From the NCBI GenBank assembly GCA_965223705.1, contig OZ245015.1, forward strand, positions 1,984,001 to 2,048,000: a stretch of DNA of 64,000 nt, written 5' to 3'. Numbering within the stretch: the stretch's first letter is position 1; each line of letters starts with the position of its first letter. The translations under genes were made by a program, and so were the position numbers. Below the pieces are notes generated by a model that searched no databases, was not told the DNA's origin, and saw only the letters and a list, made by a program, of their open reading frames with translations. Shown here piece after piece: positions 9,931 to 20,171 of this stretch. Source of the stretch: Myxococcota bacterium (GTDB lineage Bacteria > Myxococcota_A > UBA9160 > UBA6930).

Positions 9931-10377
9931 TCAGCTCGTGAATTCTCTCGGCTCGCGAAGATGGCGGCGCAGTTCGTCGATCACAGCCGTCTGGTCTTCG
10001 AGCAGCGCGTTGACGACGTCGCCGATGGACACCATCCCGATCGCACGTCCACCGTCTTCGACCACCAGATGGCGAGTCCGGTGATCGGTCATCAGACGCA
10101 TCGCGCTTTCGAGGGAGCACTCCGGCGCGATCCTCTGCACGACGGGGTTCATGATGTCGGAAACCCTCGCGTGGATCAGGTCGTCCTTACTGTGCGCAAC
10201 GCGCCACACGTAGTCGCGCTCGGTCAAGATCCCGTAGATGCGATCCTCTTCCTTCACCAGCAGGGATCCGACGTCGCGTCGCGCCATGAGTTGAAGCGCG
10301 TTCCAGATCGGCGACCCCGGTGTGGTCGTGAAGATCGCGTAACCCTTGTGGTCGAGGATGGCCTGTATGGAATGCAT
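9931..10377 (-). CDS. CBS domain-containing protein (stand-alone CBS pair)
   Basis: ALQLM....VGSLLV, GILTERDY, RTRHLVV, GMVSIGDVV. AAGGAGG RBS. Confidence 0.92.
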   Translation of the reverse strand: MHSIQAILDHKGYAIFTTTPGSPIWNALQLMARRDVGSLLVKEEDRIYGILTERDYVWRVAHSKDDLIHARVSDIMNPVVQRIAPECSLESAMRLMTDHRTRHLVVEDGGRAIGMVSIGDVVNALLEDQTAVIDELRRHLREPREFTS

Positions 10378-10412
10378 GGCTCCTCCTTGCGCATCGAAAA
10401 GATGCCATAGAA

Positions 10413-10429
10413 CGCAAGGTGTGCGCCGG
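10413..10429 (-). promoter_or_regulatory. Putative sigma-54 (-24/-12) promoter for the CBS gene
   Basis: Minus strand reads CCGGCGC-ACACC-TTGCG (GG-N10-GC), 35 nt before the ATG. An AT-rich tract lies further upstream (about 10470-10487). Confidence 0.55.
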
Positions 10430-10530
10430 AGAACTGGCGCTCCTCACGCGACAAAAACGCCATCGCACAATGAAAATCTATATTTATCGGCAAGTTCGGT
10501 CGGGTTAGGGCGACATTCGTTGAGAGTTGC

Positions 10531-11826
10531 CTAGTCGACGATCCGTTCTCCCGTCGAAAAGAGCAGCCACACGACGATGCCGAACAAATAGATCCCGGCG
10601 GCCAACAGGAACGCCGATGCCCAGGACCCGGTGCTATCGACCAGAGCACCGGAGACGACCACACCGATGATTCCCGGAATCGTCCCCGCGGTGTTGGTCA
10701 CGCCGAGAAGCGACCCGGCGTACTTCGGCGCGATATCGAGATGGTTGACCGCAAAGCCGACCAGGGCGAACGCACCGAAGAAGAGTGCCGCCGTCATCAC
10801 CGCGACGCCTTGCATCGGCGTGTTGACCATTCCGACGAGGGTGAACGCGGCCGCCGGTCCCACCATTCCGATGGTTTGCATGATGTTCCGCGTCGCCGTG
10901 ACACTCACGCCCCGCGCGATCATGCGATCGGCAATCTGCGCGGCGATGTTGGCCATGACAAACATCGCGACGTAGGGGAGGAAGGAGTAGACGCCGACTT
11001 CCCGGATGTTCACCCCGAGCCCTTCGTTGAAGTACGTGGGAAGCCACGCGAGCATGACGTAGAAACCCCAGTTCGCGCAGAAGTGGTTGATGATCAGCGC
11101 CCAGACGGGGACTTTGCTGAACAGGAGGCGCCAAGGGACGGCAGCCGCTTTCGCGACCTCGGGCAGGCCGCTTCGAATGTGCGCCACCTCGGTCTCGCGG
11201 ATCGTCGGGTGCTCGCTGGGGAGGTCGGTCGTCTTCCACCACCAGAAGAACCACCACACGACGCCCGCCGCCCCGTAGGCGTAGAACACCACGCGCCATC
11301 CCCATTCGGCGACGATCCACGGGGTGAGGAGGAGCGCCGTCACGGTTCCCAAGGAGATGCCGCTGTAGACCAGGGCCGTCGAGCGCGCTTTTTCGGCGAT
11401 CGGGATCCAGCGCCCGAACATGGACAAGACCGCGGGGAAGTTCACGCCTTCGCCCATTCCCATGAGCGCCCGCGTGACCAGTAGCAAGGTCAGGGAAACC
11501 GCCGCAGCCGGCGGCGTCAACATCGTGAAGATCGACCACCAGACGACGCCGAAGCCGAGGACCGCTTTGCCCCCGAAACGGTCCGCCAACCATCCGCCCA
11601 GAATTTGTGTCGCCATGTAGCCGAAGAAGAACGACGACAGCACGAGTCCCTGGGTCGTCTTGTCCCAGCCGAACTCGGTCGCCATCGGAATGATCGCGAC
11701 CGAGATGTTGACGCGGTCGATGTAACAGATGTAGCTCGAAAGGAAGCAGAACCCGACGAGCGTAAAACGCCTCGGCCAGTATTCGCGCAAGGGGGTCGAG
11801 GTCGAAGCTGCGGTGGCGTCGCTCAT
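10531..11826 (-). CDS. MFS transporter, ACS (anion:cation symporter, SLC17-like) family
   Basis: ICYIDRVNISVAI, SSFFFGY..TQI.GG.LADRFGGK, NHLDIAPKYAG, NTAGTIPG. Confidence 0.92.
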   Translation of the reverse strand: MSDATAASTSTPLREYWPRRFTLVGFCFLSSYICYIDRVNISVAIIPMATEFGWDKTTQGLVLSSFFFGYMATQILGGWLADRFGGKAVLGFGVVWWSIFTMLTPPAAAVSLTLLLVTRALMGMGEGVNFPAVLSMFGRWIPIAEKARSTALVYSGISLGTVTALLLTPWIVAEWGWRVVFYAYGAAGVVWWFFWWWKTTDLPSEHPTIRETEVAHIRSGLPEVAKAAAVPWRLLFSKVPVWALIINHFCANWGFYVMLAWLPTYFNEGLGVNIREVGVYSFLPYVAMFVMANIAAQIADRMIARGVSVTATRNIMQTIGMVGPAAAFTLVGMVNTPMQGVAVMTAALFFGAFALVGFAVNHLDIAPKYAGSLLGVTNTAGTIPGIIGVVVSGALVDSTGSWASAFLLAAGIYLFGIVVWLLFSTGERIVD

Positions 11827-11885
11827 GAGTTCTCCCGTGGGCGTTCAGCCTACGAGAGTCGTCTCGTGTTCGTACAGGTCTTTTT

Positions 11886-12746
11886 CTAGAGGCCCGCGCT
11901 CGCGTCGCCGAGCGCAGTTAGCCACGAGACGTAGGCCTCGGGCCCCTCCTCGCGTCCGAATGGCTTCGGCATGGCCACCAGTCGGTCGACACCTGCGTCG
12001 CGAAACGCACGCAGTTCATCCCGACTGAGTGATCCCGCCGGCGGCGTGATGCTGATCTCGAGTCGTCCCAGCGCCTCTGGGCGATCGGTATGCGCGCGCA
12101 GCGTCTCGAGAGAGGCCAGCGCTTGCCGCGTCGCTTCGAGATCGAGGGCGAAGCCGTACCAGCCATTTCCGCGAGCGAGAGCGCGGCGTTGTGCGGCTTC
12201 GCTCATGCCACCCACGACGATGGGCGGGTGGGGTTGTTGGACCGGCCTCGGGAAGGCGTTCACCCCTTCGAACGAAACGAACTCGCCCTGGTAGCTCGGC
12301 TTCTCTTGCGTCCACAGGGCCTGGATCGCCTCGACGTACTCGTCGGTCCGCGCGCCTTTTTTATCAAACGAAACGCCGAGGGCGTCGAACTCGGGCTTCA
12401 AGTAGCCCACGCCGATTCCGAAGATCAGCCGGCCTTTCGACAAGACGTCGACGGTCGCGAGCTCTTTGGCGAGGACGGCGGGGTTGCGTTGGGGCACGAT
12501 GATGATGCCCGTCGCGAGTCCGACGCTGTCCGTTTCGGACGCCAGAAACCCGAGCGCCGTGGCGGGATCCATCATGGGGTAGCCCGGCGGAACGGGTGAG
12601 GGCGGAACCTGCGGATCGGGAAGGACGACGTGCTCGCCTGTCCAGAGCGATTCAAAGCCGGCGGTTTCCGCCGCGCGCGCGACGATCGCCATCGCGTCGG
12701 GCTCTGCCAAGGGACCGTTGTTGATGCCGAAGAGCCCGAGCTTCAC
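11886..12746 (-). CDS. LLM class (probably F420-dependent) oxidoreductase
   Basis: AETAGFESLWTGEHVVLP, PQRNP..LAKELAT.DVLS.GRL, PRPVQ. GTG start overlaps the upstream stop. Confidence 0.9.
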   Translation of the reverse strand: MKLGLFGINNGPLAEPDAMAIVARAAETAGFESLWTGEHVVLPDPQVPPSPVPPGYPMMDPATALGFLASETDSVGLATGIIIVPQRNPAVLAKELATVDVLSKGRLIFGIGVGYLKPEFDALGVSFDKKGARTDEYVEAIQALWTQEKPSYQGEFVSFEGVNAFPRPVQQPHPPIVVGGMSEAAQRRALARGNGWYGFALDLEATRQALASLETLRAHTDRPEALGRLEISITPPAGSLSRDELRAFRDAGVDRLVAMPKPFGREEGPEAYVSWLTALGDASAGL

Positions 12747-14455
12747 GGTGCGGTTTGCTCGCCGCGGATGAGCTTGCCCGGGAGCGCGCCCGTCGGCTCG
12801 CCGTCTTGAAAGGTCACTTCGCCAGACACCACGGTCGCGCGGTAGCCGCTCGAGCGTTGCACGAGCCGGCGACTCTCGCCCGGGAGGTCGTAGACCATTT
12901 CCGGAGGGCGCAGGCCCAACGCCTCGTAATCGATCAGGTTGACGTCGGCCTTCATGCCCGGTGCGAGCAGGCCTCGGTCGTTCAATCCGTAGAGCTCGGC
13001 GGTTTTGCGCGTCTGATTCGCCACGACCCATTCGAGCGGGAGGCGTTCGCCGCGCGACCGGTCGCGGGTCCAGTGTGTCAGCATGAATGTCGGCGTGCTG
13101 GCGTCGCAAATGACGCCGCAGTGGGCGCCGCCGTCCGAAAGTCCAAGCCTCGTCTGCGGGTGCACCAGCATCTCCCGAATTGGCTCGAAGTCGAACTGCG
13201 AGTAGCCAAAGAGCGGGAAATAGAGGAGCTCCGTGCCGCCCCGCTGAAGGAGCAGATCGTACGCGACGTCTGCGGGCTCGCGTCCCTCGCGCTCAGCGAT
13301 CGCTTTCACGCTCTGTTCGGGCGCCGGCTCGTAGTTCGGCGGGTCACCCAACGGGAAGAGCTTGTGGAAGCTGCTCGTGATGTAGGAAGCGAGGGGGAAG
13401 TTGTAGGTCACTTCCTCGGCCAGCATGCGGGCCTTCACTTCCGGCTTGCTGAGTTCCGCGACGCGTTGCGCGAGCGGAAGATGTCGCAGCGCCTTGTACG
13501 TTCGATGCGAAACGAAGGGATGGATCGTCGCTTCGAGGCCGAGCAGGAGACCCGCCGGCCGTCCGGCGACCTGGGGGACGACCAGCGCTCCCTCGGCGTT
13601 CGCCGCTTCCGTGAGCTCGAGGACCCGCTGCCACTGGGTCGGGTCCAGGTCGTTTTGAAGCAGCGCGAACGTGATCGGTCGGCCGACCTCACGCGAGAGC
13701 CGCGTCACCCAATCGAGCTCTCGACCCTCGGGCATCAGGTCCGACGCCATCTCGAAGACGCCACAACCCGCGCGCCCGAGAGCGCGACCGATGGCGAAGA
13801 GCTCTTCCTCTCCGGCGAACGTTCCGGGCACCGGCACGCCCTCGATGGATCGGTGGAGCACCGTCCGAGACGTGGTGAACCCGAGCGCTCCGGCGCGCAG
13901 GCCTTCTTCCACGATGGCACCCATGGCTCGGACGTCGTCTTCGGTCGCGACCTCGTTCGCCGCGCCGCGCTCGCCCATCACGTAAGCGCGGACCGCGCCG
14001 TGCGGAACTTGCGCGCCGATGTCGATGGCCAGCGGTTTGCGCTCGAGGGCATCGAGATACTCGGGGAAGCTCTCCCAGGACCAGTCGATGCCCTCCGCGA
14101 GCGCTGCGCCCGGAATGTCCTCGACTCCTTCCATCAACCCGATCAGCCAATCCTGGCGATCGGCACGGGCCGGGGCAAAACCCACCCCGCAATTGCCCAT
14201 GACCACCGAGGTGACTCCGTGCCAGGAAGAGGGCGATAGGAACGGATCCCAGGTCGCTTGCCCGTCGTAGTGGGTGTGAATGTCCACCCAGCCGGGGGTG
14301 ACGCAGAGGCCATCGGCGTCGATGTCGCGACGGGCGGGCCCGGCCTTGCCCTCGGCTGAAACGATCTTGCCGCCTTCGATGGCGATGTCCGCCGTGCGAG
14401 CGGGCTCGCCCGAGCCGTCGATCACCTGGCCACCTCGAATCGCGATGTCGTGCAC
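12743..14455 (-). CDS. N-acyl-D-amino-acid deacylase family amidohydrolase
   Basis: [39 protein letters not shown] before GTG 14455. Confidence 0.9.
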   Translation of the reverse strand: MHDIAIRGGQVIDGSGEPARTADIAIEGGKIVSAEGKAGPARRDIDADGLCVTPGWVDIHTHYDGQATWDPFLSPSSWHGVTSVVMGNCGVGFAPARADRQDWLIGLMEGVEDIPGAALAEGIDWSWESFPEYLDALERKPLAIDIGAQVPHGAVRAYVMGERGAANEVATEDDVRAMGAIVEEGLRAGALGFTTSRTVLHRSIEGVPVPGTFAGEEELFAIGRALGRAGCGVFEMASDLMPEGRELDWVTRLSREVGRPITFALLQNDLDPTQWQRVLELTEAANAEGALVVPQVAGRPAGLLLGLEATIHPFVSHRTYKALRHLPLAQRVAELSKPEVKARMLAEEVTYNFPLASYITSSFHKLFPLGDPPNYEPAPEQSVKAIAEREGREPADVAYDLLLQRGGTELLYFPLFGYSQFDFEPIREMLVHPQTRLGLSDGGAHCGVICDASTPTFMLTHWTRDRSRGERLPLEWVVANQTRKTAELYGLNDRGLLAPGMKADVNLIDYEALGLRPPEMVYDLPGESRRLVQRSSGYRATVVSGEVTFQDGEPTGALPGKLIRGEQTAP

Positions 14456-14572
14456 TGTCTGCCTCCGGTTGGTAACGAGACGCAAGGATAGCGGTTCCCT
14501 CGGGGTCCACGGGCCCCCGGTAGGGCCCGCTATATTCAAGCGCGCCGTTCCCGGCGAGCGCGGAGGTTCCAC

Positions 14573-14947
14573 ATGCCGATCAAGGCCCACGAGACGATCG
14601 ATACGCTCAACATTCCCGGGCTGGCCCACCAGACGCTGGTCGGCGCCAAGGACGGGCTCCGAGGTTTTGAAATCTGGCGGCAGACCATCGAAGCCGGTGG
14701 CGAAACGCCGATGCACAAGCACGACTGCGAGGAAGTGATCGTCATTCTCGAAGGCGAGGGAGCCTGCGTGGTCGAAGGGGAGACCGAACCTTTCCGAGCC
14801 GACCAATCCGTGATCGTTCCGCCGAACGTCGTCCACAAGATCTGCAACACCGGCACGGGTCCCTTGCGGTTGATGGCGACGCTCGCGATGGCGCCGGTCC
14901 GGGTGGAGACACCGGACGGCGATCCCATGGCCCTTCCCTGGGATTGA
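14573..14947 (+). CDS. Cupin domain protein
   Basis: TPMHKHDCEE...LEGEG and VPPNVVH cupin motifs. GGAGG RBS. Confidence 0.9.
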   Translation: MPIKAHETIDTLNIPGLAHQTLVGAKDGLRGFEIWRQTIEAGGETPMHKHDCEEVIVILEGEGACVVEGETEPFRADQSVIVPPNVVHKICNTGTGPLRLMATLAMAPVRVETPDGDPMALPWD

Positions 14948-15756
14948 GTGTGAGCACGGTCGAACGCATCGGATCCGCACCTGCGATCGCCATCGAATCG
15001 GTGGGCGAGGGCGAAGTCGTGTTCTTCATGCACGGCATCGGCGGCAACCGAACGAACTGGCACGGCCAGCTCGAGGCTTTCTCCGGGCTCTACCGGGCGG
15101 TGACCTGGGACGCGCGTGGCTACGGGGACAGCGATGACTACGACGGGCCCCTGCGCTTCTCGGACTTTGCCGACGATCTCGTTCGCGTGCTGGATCGGCT
15201 CGATGTCTCGAAAGCGCACCTGTGTGGGCTGTCGATGGGCGGGCGAATCGCGACAGACTTCTACGAGAGTCACCCCGATCGCGTCGCGAGCCTGATCTTG
15301 TGTGACACGTTTCCGGGCTACGACAACTTGGATCCCGAGCAGCGAGAGGCGTTCGTCCGTTCGCGGAAGGAACCCTTGGTACAAGGCGGGGAGCCGCGCG
15401 ACATCGCGCCCGGCGTCGCGAAGAGCCTGGTGAGTGAGACCGCCGGGCCCGAAGTGGTACAGCAGCTCATCGACTCGATTTCCGCGCTTCACAAAGCGTC
15501 CTACATCAAGGCGATCGAAGCGATGGTCATGTACGAGAAAAGCGCCGCGCTCGAGATGATCGCGGTTCCGACGTTGTTCGTCGTCGGAGCGCACGACCGG
15601 TTGACACCACCCGAGTTGTCGAAAGAGATGGCAGCCCGCGTTCCCGGCGCCGAACTCTGCATCATCGACAATGCGGGTCATTTGACGAACTTGGAGCGTC
15701 CGGAAGCCTTCAACCGCGCCGTCCTCGACTTTCTGTCGAAGCGGGACAACGCGTAG
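14944..15756 (+). CDS. Alpha/beta fold hydrolase
   Basis: HGIGG, DARGYG.S, GLSMGG nucleophile elbow, catalytic D and H (AGH..NLE.P..FN). Start may be GTG 14950. Confidence 0.9.
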   Translation: MSVSTVERIGSAPAIAIESVGEGEVVFFMHGIGGNRTNWHGQLEAFSGLYRAVTWDARGYGDSDDYDGPLRFSDFADDLVRVLDRLDVSKAHLCGLSMGGRIATDFYESHPDRVASLILCDTFPGYDNLDPEQREAFVRSRKEPLVQGGEPRDIAPGVAKSLVSETAGPEVVQQLIDSISALHKASYIKAIEAMVMYEKSAALEMIAVPTLFVVGAHDRLTPPELSKEMAARVPGAELCIIDNAGHLTNLERPEAFNRAVLDFLSKRDNA

Positions 15757-15785
15757 CCAAACGCCGATCAACCCACGGAGAAACC

Positions 15786-16883
15786 ATGCACGTCGGATAC
15801 ACCGCCATTTTTCAGAATCCTGGAGAACGCATCTCGGACGCCGAGGTCTATCAGAACGAGTTGCGCCTCGCGGAGCTCGCGGAGCCGCTCGGCTTCGAGT
15901 CGATCTGGGGCGTCGAGCACCACTTCACCGACTACACGATGTGCCCCGACGTGGTGCAGTTTCTCACGTATATGGCGGGTCGCACCCGGAAGGCGCAGCT
16001 CGGGAGTATGGTCATTGTTCTCCCCTGGCACGATCCGATTCGCGTCGCCGAGCAGATCTCGATGCTCGACCACGTCTCCGGCGGCCGCATGATTCTGGGT
16101 ATCGGTCGCGGCGTCGGGCGCGTCGAATACGAGGGCTTCCGCCTCGACATGAACACGTCTCGCGAACGGTTCGAAGAGTACACGGCGATGATCCTCGACG
16201 GCCTCGAGCAGGGTTACCTCGAGCTCGACGGTCAGTTCGTACAACAGCCGAAACGCGACATCCGACCGCGACCGCTCAAGAGTTTCCGCGGAAGGACGTA
16301 CGGAGCGGCCGTCTCGAACGAGACGATGCCGTTGATGGTCAAGAACGAGGCGGGCCTTTTGGTCGTGCCGCAAAAGCCGTGGAGCGTCGTGAAGAACGAC
16401 ATCCTGCTCTACAACGAGGCTTACCAGAAAGAGCACGGCTGCGACGCGCCGCCGCCGCTCGTCGCCGGCTGGACGTTTGTCGACGAGAACGCGGACCGAG
16501 CCGAAGAGCTCGGTCGGAAGTACATCACCGACTACTACGAGTCCGTCATCAAGCACTACGAGTTCGACGACATCCATCTCTCGAAGACGAAGGGCTACGA
16601 GTTCTACGGCAAAGGCTTTCAGGAGAAGATTCGCGAGCTCGGCCGGGACAAAGTGATCGAGTTCTTGGTCGACCTGGCGGTCTTCGGCACCCCGGAGCAG
16701 TGCTACGAGCGAATCATGCACTTCCACAACTTGACGGGGAACAACGGGTACATGGCGATCCTGAGCTACTCGGGGATGCCCTTCGACGAAGCGGAGCGCA
16801 ACATGCGTCTGTTCGCTGCGAGCGTGCTGCCGGAGCTCAAGAAGGTCGAAGTCAGCGAGCCCGAGTTCGCCCTCAGCGCGTAG
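15786..16883 (+). CDS. LLM class flavin-dependent oxidoreductase (luciferase-like)
   Basis: AEPLGFESIWGVEHHF, LPWHDP.RVAE..SMLD..S.GR, GIGRG. Confidence 0.92.
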   Translation: MHVGYTAIFQNPGERISDAEVYQNELRLAELAEPLGFESIWGVEHHFTDYTMCPDVVQFLTYMAGRTRKAQLGSMVIVLPWHDPIRVAEQISMLDHVSGGRMILGIGRGVGRVEYEGFRLDMNTSRERFEEYTAMILDGLEQGYLELDGQFVQQPKRDIRPRPLKSFRGRTYGAAVSNETMPLMVKNEAGLLVVPQKPWSVVKNDILLYNEAYQKEHGCDAPPPLVAGWTFVDENADRAEELGRKYITDYYESVIKHYEFDDIHLSKTKGYEFYGKGFQEKIRELGRDKVIEFLVDLAVFGTPEQCYERIMHFHNLTGNNGYMAILSYSGMPFDEAERNMRLFAASVLPELKKVEVSEPEFALSA

Positions 16884-17616
16884 GCGAGAGCGCGAGGCGC
16901 GAGGTCGCGTTTTCGAGGAGGCCCTCGATCCGGGCCTCCTGCTCGCGCGGCAGGTCGACAAACACCGCGCCCATACCGATGGGGGAGGCCGGTGCGCAAC
17001 GCGTCGAGTCCGTGACGGTGCGGACAACGCGCGCCGCTACCTGGGTCTCGACCTCGCCGCAGTTCCATCGCATTTCGATCTCCCGGCCCATGGGCCACGG
17101 TGCCGGCGCCGACACGTAGGCCCCGCGGACCGAAAGGGTGTAGATACGCGCCGGTTTCGCTTCACCGTCGCACTGCAGTTGCGCCCGGGCGGAGAAGGGG
17201 GCTCGGGGAACTTCCCGGGCCTCACCGGCTCGATTGAGCGAGATCAGTCGATTCACCACGAAGCGGAGCTCCGCGGGTTCGTGATCCCAAGCGAGAGCGT
17301 GGCGGAAGCCCAGTGCGGCGATGCGGTCGCGGCGGCGTCGATCGAGGGCATCGCCGATGCCGATCCCGATGACCCGCCGGGCCGAGATCTCGGCGGCAAA
17401 CGGCATCATGACGAAGTCGAGCCACGCGACGTCGACCGAACGTTCGACGAACGCGAGTGTGACCGGGCCGCGGAGCTCGTCTCGGGCGGAGCGAGCCTCG
17501 GCGTGGCCGCGCACGCGCAGCGGCTCGAGCCCGACGCGTCGCAGATGATCCGCCAGGCCGCGTTCCGCGAGCCGGTCCGAAGGATCAAGCAGGAGCGCTC
17601 GAGGCTTGTTACGCAT
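16873..17616 (-). CDS. PilZ domain protein with N-terminal receiver-like region
   Basis: C-terminal REVPR (RxxxR), TLSVRGAYV, ARVV, GMGAVF. Confidence 0.75.
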   Translation of the reverse strand: MRNKPRALLLDPSDRLAERGLADHLRRVGLEPLRVRGHAEARSARDELRGPVTLAFVERSVDVAWLDFVMMPFAAEISARRVIGIGIGDALDRRRRDRIAALGFRHALAWDHEPAELRFVVNRLISLNRAGEAREVPRAPFSARAQLQCDGEAKPARIYTLSVRGAYVSAPAPWPMGREIEMRWNCGEVETQVAARVVRTVTDSTRCAPASPIGMGAVFVDLPREQEARIEGLLENATSRLALSPTR

Positions 17617-17703
17617 GCCTACACCGTGGTTTGAGGGCTTCCATGCGAGAGTAAGTACCGGGCGAGCCCCTAAAGGTGTCGAGAGCCCGCTAGGATCGCC
17701 GCC

Positions 17704-18909
17704 ATGGCAGGCTTACTCGAAGGGATCCGGGTCCTCGACCTCTCGAGAATCTTGGCGGGTCCCTACTGCGCGATGACGCTCGGCGATCTCGGTGCGGACG
17801 TGGTCAAGGTCGAACACCCGACCGGGGGTGACTTGACGCGCGGCTGGGGGCCGCCCTTTACGGAATCGGGGCTCTCGGCTTATTTCCTTTCGGCGAACCG
17901 CAACAAGCGAAGCCTGACGCTCGACCTATCGACCGAGGACGGGCGCGCTGTGCTTCGCGACCTCATCCGTTCTGCCGATGTGTTGCTCGAGAATTTCCGC
18001 GCCGGAACCCTCGAACGATGGGGCTTCGACTGGTCCGCGCTGACCGATCTGCGCCCGGATCTCGTCTACTGCAGTGTGACGGGCTTTGGGACCGACGGTC
18101 CGCACCGTGACGAGGCCGGCTACGATTTCATGATTCAAGCCCGGGGCGGACTCATGAGCATCACGGGCTTCGCCGACGGCGAACCGGTCAAGGTCGGTGT
18201 CGCCATCGCGGACCTCGTGACGGGTCTCTTCGCCTCGACCGCCATTCAAGCGGCGCTTTTTGCGCGCGAGCGCGGCGCCGGGCCCCAGCACATCGACATG
18301 GCGCTTCTCGACAGCCAGGTGGCGATGCTGGTGAACGTCGCGAGCAACTTCCTGGTCTCGGGCGAGGTACCCGGCCGCCTCGGCAACGCGCACCCGAACA
18401 TCGTCCCCTACGAAGCCTTCGACGCGGCGGATGGAGCCTTCACGATCGGGGTCGGCAGCGACGCACATTGGCGCGCGTTGTGTCGGGCCATCGATCGGGA
18501 GCCGTGGGCGGAAGACCCACGGTTTGCGACGAACGCCGCGCGAATCGAACATCGCGCCGAGGTCTCGGCGCAGCTCTCCGAGATCGCGAGGAGCCGCTCG
18601 GTCGCATCGTGGCTCGAGTTGCTCGAGGGTCTGGGCATCCCGTGCGCACCGATTCAGGATGTCGCGCAAGTCTTTGCGGATCCTCGCGTCGTCGCGCGCA
18701 ACATGCGCGTCGATCAGCCGCACCCGGCGGGTGACGTTCCCCTCGTGGGCCCTGCGATCAAGGTACCGACCGCGCCGACGGAGATCCGCCGCGCCCCACC
18801 GCTGCTCGGCGAGCACTCGCGCGAGGTCTTGCGAGAGCTGTATTCCGAGGAGCGCGTCGACGAACTCCTGCGCTCGGGTGTCACGTCCGCGCCTACGTCC
18901 GATTCTTGA
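17704..18909 (+). CDS. CaiB/BaiF family III CoA-transferase
   Basis: LEGIRVLDLSRILAGP, GADVVKVE, NRNKRS, ENFR.G, PPLLGEH. Confidence 0.95.
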   Translation: MAGLLEGIRVLDLSRILAGPYCAMTLGDLGADVVKVEHPTGGDLTRGWGPPFTESGLSAYFLSANRNKRSLTLDLSTEDGRAVLRDLIRSADVLLENFRAGTLERWGFDWSALTDLRPDLVYCSVTGFGTDGPHRDEAGYDFMIQARGGLMSITGFADGEPVKVGVAIADLVTGLFASTAIQAALFARERGAGPQHIDMALLDSQVAMLVNVASNFLVSGEVPGRLGNAHPNIVPYEAFDAADGAFTIGVGSDAHWRALCRAIDREPWAEDPRFATNAARIEHRAEVSAQLSEIARSRSVASWLELLEGLGIPCAPIQDVAQVFADPRVVARNMRVDQPHPAGDVPLVGPAIKVPTAPTEIRRAPPLLGEHSREVLRELYSEERVDELLRSGVTSAPTSDS

Positions 18910-19267
18910 AGTAAGAGTCCTTGCAGACGATCTTGCCGTCGCGGAACGTGTAGATGTCGCAGCCCATCCAGTCTTGGACGGTTCCATCGGCCAGGGTCGC
19001 CGTGCGACGCCACGCCGAGAGCGCCTGGTCACCCGAGATCGCGTAGTTCTGACCGATCCACTTGATGTCGGGGGCAGCCTCGAAGATCTGTTCGAACGCC
19101 GCCCGCAGAGCTTCGTGCCCTCGGATGCGCGCGCCGTAGATTTCCGGGCCGCCGGGCGCCAGGAACTCGCCGTCTTCGGCGAAGAAGGCCATGGCCCGAT
19201 CGAGGTCGTGTCGGTTCAGCGCGTCACAGAAAGCGTCGAGGGTGGCGATTTCGAATTGCTCGGCCAT
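18893..19267 (-). CDS. Nuclear transport factor 2 (SnoaL-like) family protein
   Basis: F.DA.NRHDLD...FAEDG and GCDIYTFRDGKI..KDSYFK. GGAGG RBS. Confidence 0.88.
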   Translation of the reverse strand: MAEQFEIATLDAFCDALNRHDLDRAMAFFAEDGEFLAPGGPEIYGARIRGHEALRAAFEQIFEAAPDIKWIGQNYAISGDQALSAWRRTATLADGTVQDWMGCDIYTFRDGKIVCKDSYFKNRT

Positions 19268-19303
19268 GTGAGGAAGTCCTCCAAGGGGTCGAGGGGAATC
19301 GTG

Positions 19304-20077
19304 TTACGGACCTTGAATCGTTTCGGTGAAGCCGCCGTCCGCGACGAGGAGGTGGCCGTTCACATAGGACGAGGCCTCCGAGCAGAGGAATACGAGCGGT
19401 CCCCCCAGCTCCGGAGGGTCTCCCCAACGACCGAGGGGCGTCCGCGTCTCGACCATGCTGCTGAACTCTCGATTTTGTTGGAGTACGACGTTGATCTCCG
19501 TTCGGAAGTAACCCGGGAGGATCGCGTTACTCGTGATGCCGTGGGGCCCGAGCTCGCTTGCCAGCGCCTGGGTGAGCCCGGCGATCGCGTGCTTGCTCGT
19601 CGTGTACGAGAGAACGCTGGCCCGGCCGACCAGAGAGAGGATGGAGCCGATATGCACGATCCGTCCGTACCGGGCGGCGCGCATCGGCCCCGCGCATTCT
19701 CGCGCGAGGACATAGGATGCTGTGACGTTCGTCCGCATCACGCGCTCGAAACCTTCGGTTTGGCTCTCCTCGAGGTCGACGCGTTCGAGAATCCCCGCGT
19801 TGTTGACCAAGATGTCGATACGTCCTCGCTCATTCGCGACGCTCGCCACAGCTTCCCGAACCGCGGCTTCATCCGTGATGTCGAGCGGCAGCGCCGTTGC
19901 GGATCCGCCTTTCGCGTGGATCGCTTCTACACGCTCCTCGAGTTTCGCCGCGTTGCGTGCGATCAAGACGACGTTCGCACCGGCTTCGGCGAGCGACATC
20001 GCCATCTCGGCACCCAGCCCCTGCGAGCCTCCCGTGAGTAGCGCCACACGTCCATGCAATGAGAAACGATCGGTCAA
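19304..20077 (-). CDS. SDR family oxidoreductase (gluconate 5-dehydrogenase-like)
   Basis: TGGSQGLG, NNAG, YTTSK, PGYF.TE. Confidence 0.92.
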   Translation of the reverse strand: MTDRFSLHGRVALLTGGSQGLGAEMAMSLAEAGANVVLIARNAAKLEERVEAIHAKGGSATALPLDITDEAAVREAVASVANERGRIDILVNNAGILERVDLEESQTEGFERVMRTNVTASYVLARECAGPMRAARYGRIVHIGSILSLVGRASVLSYTTSKHAIAGLTQALASELGPHGITSNAILPGYFRTEINVVLQQNREFSSMVETRTPLGRWGDPPELGGPLVFLCSEASSYVNGHLLVADGGFTETIQGP

Positions 20078-20171
20078 GTCGAAACCACGCTCTTTCCGAG
20101 GGAGACACTATCGCTTCTCCGCCCGAGGCACTTCGCGTAGAATGCTTTTCCGTCAAAAAAATGGAGATCCA

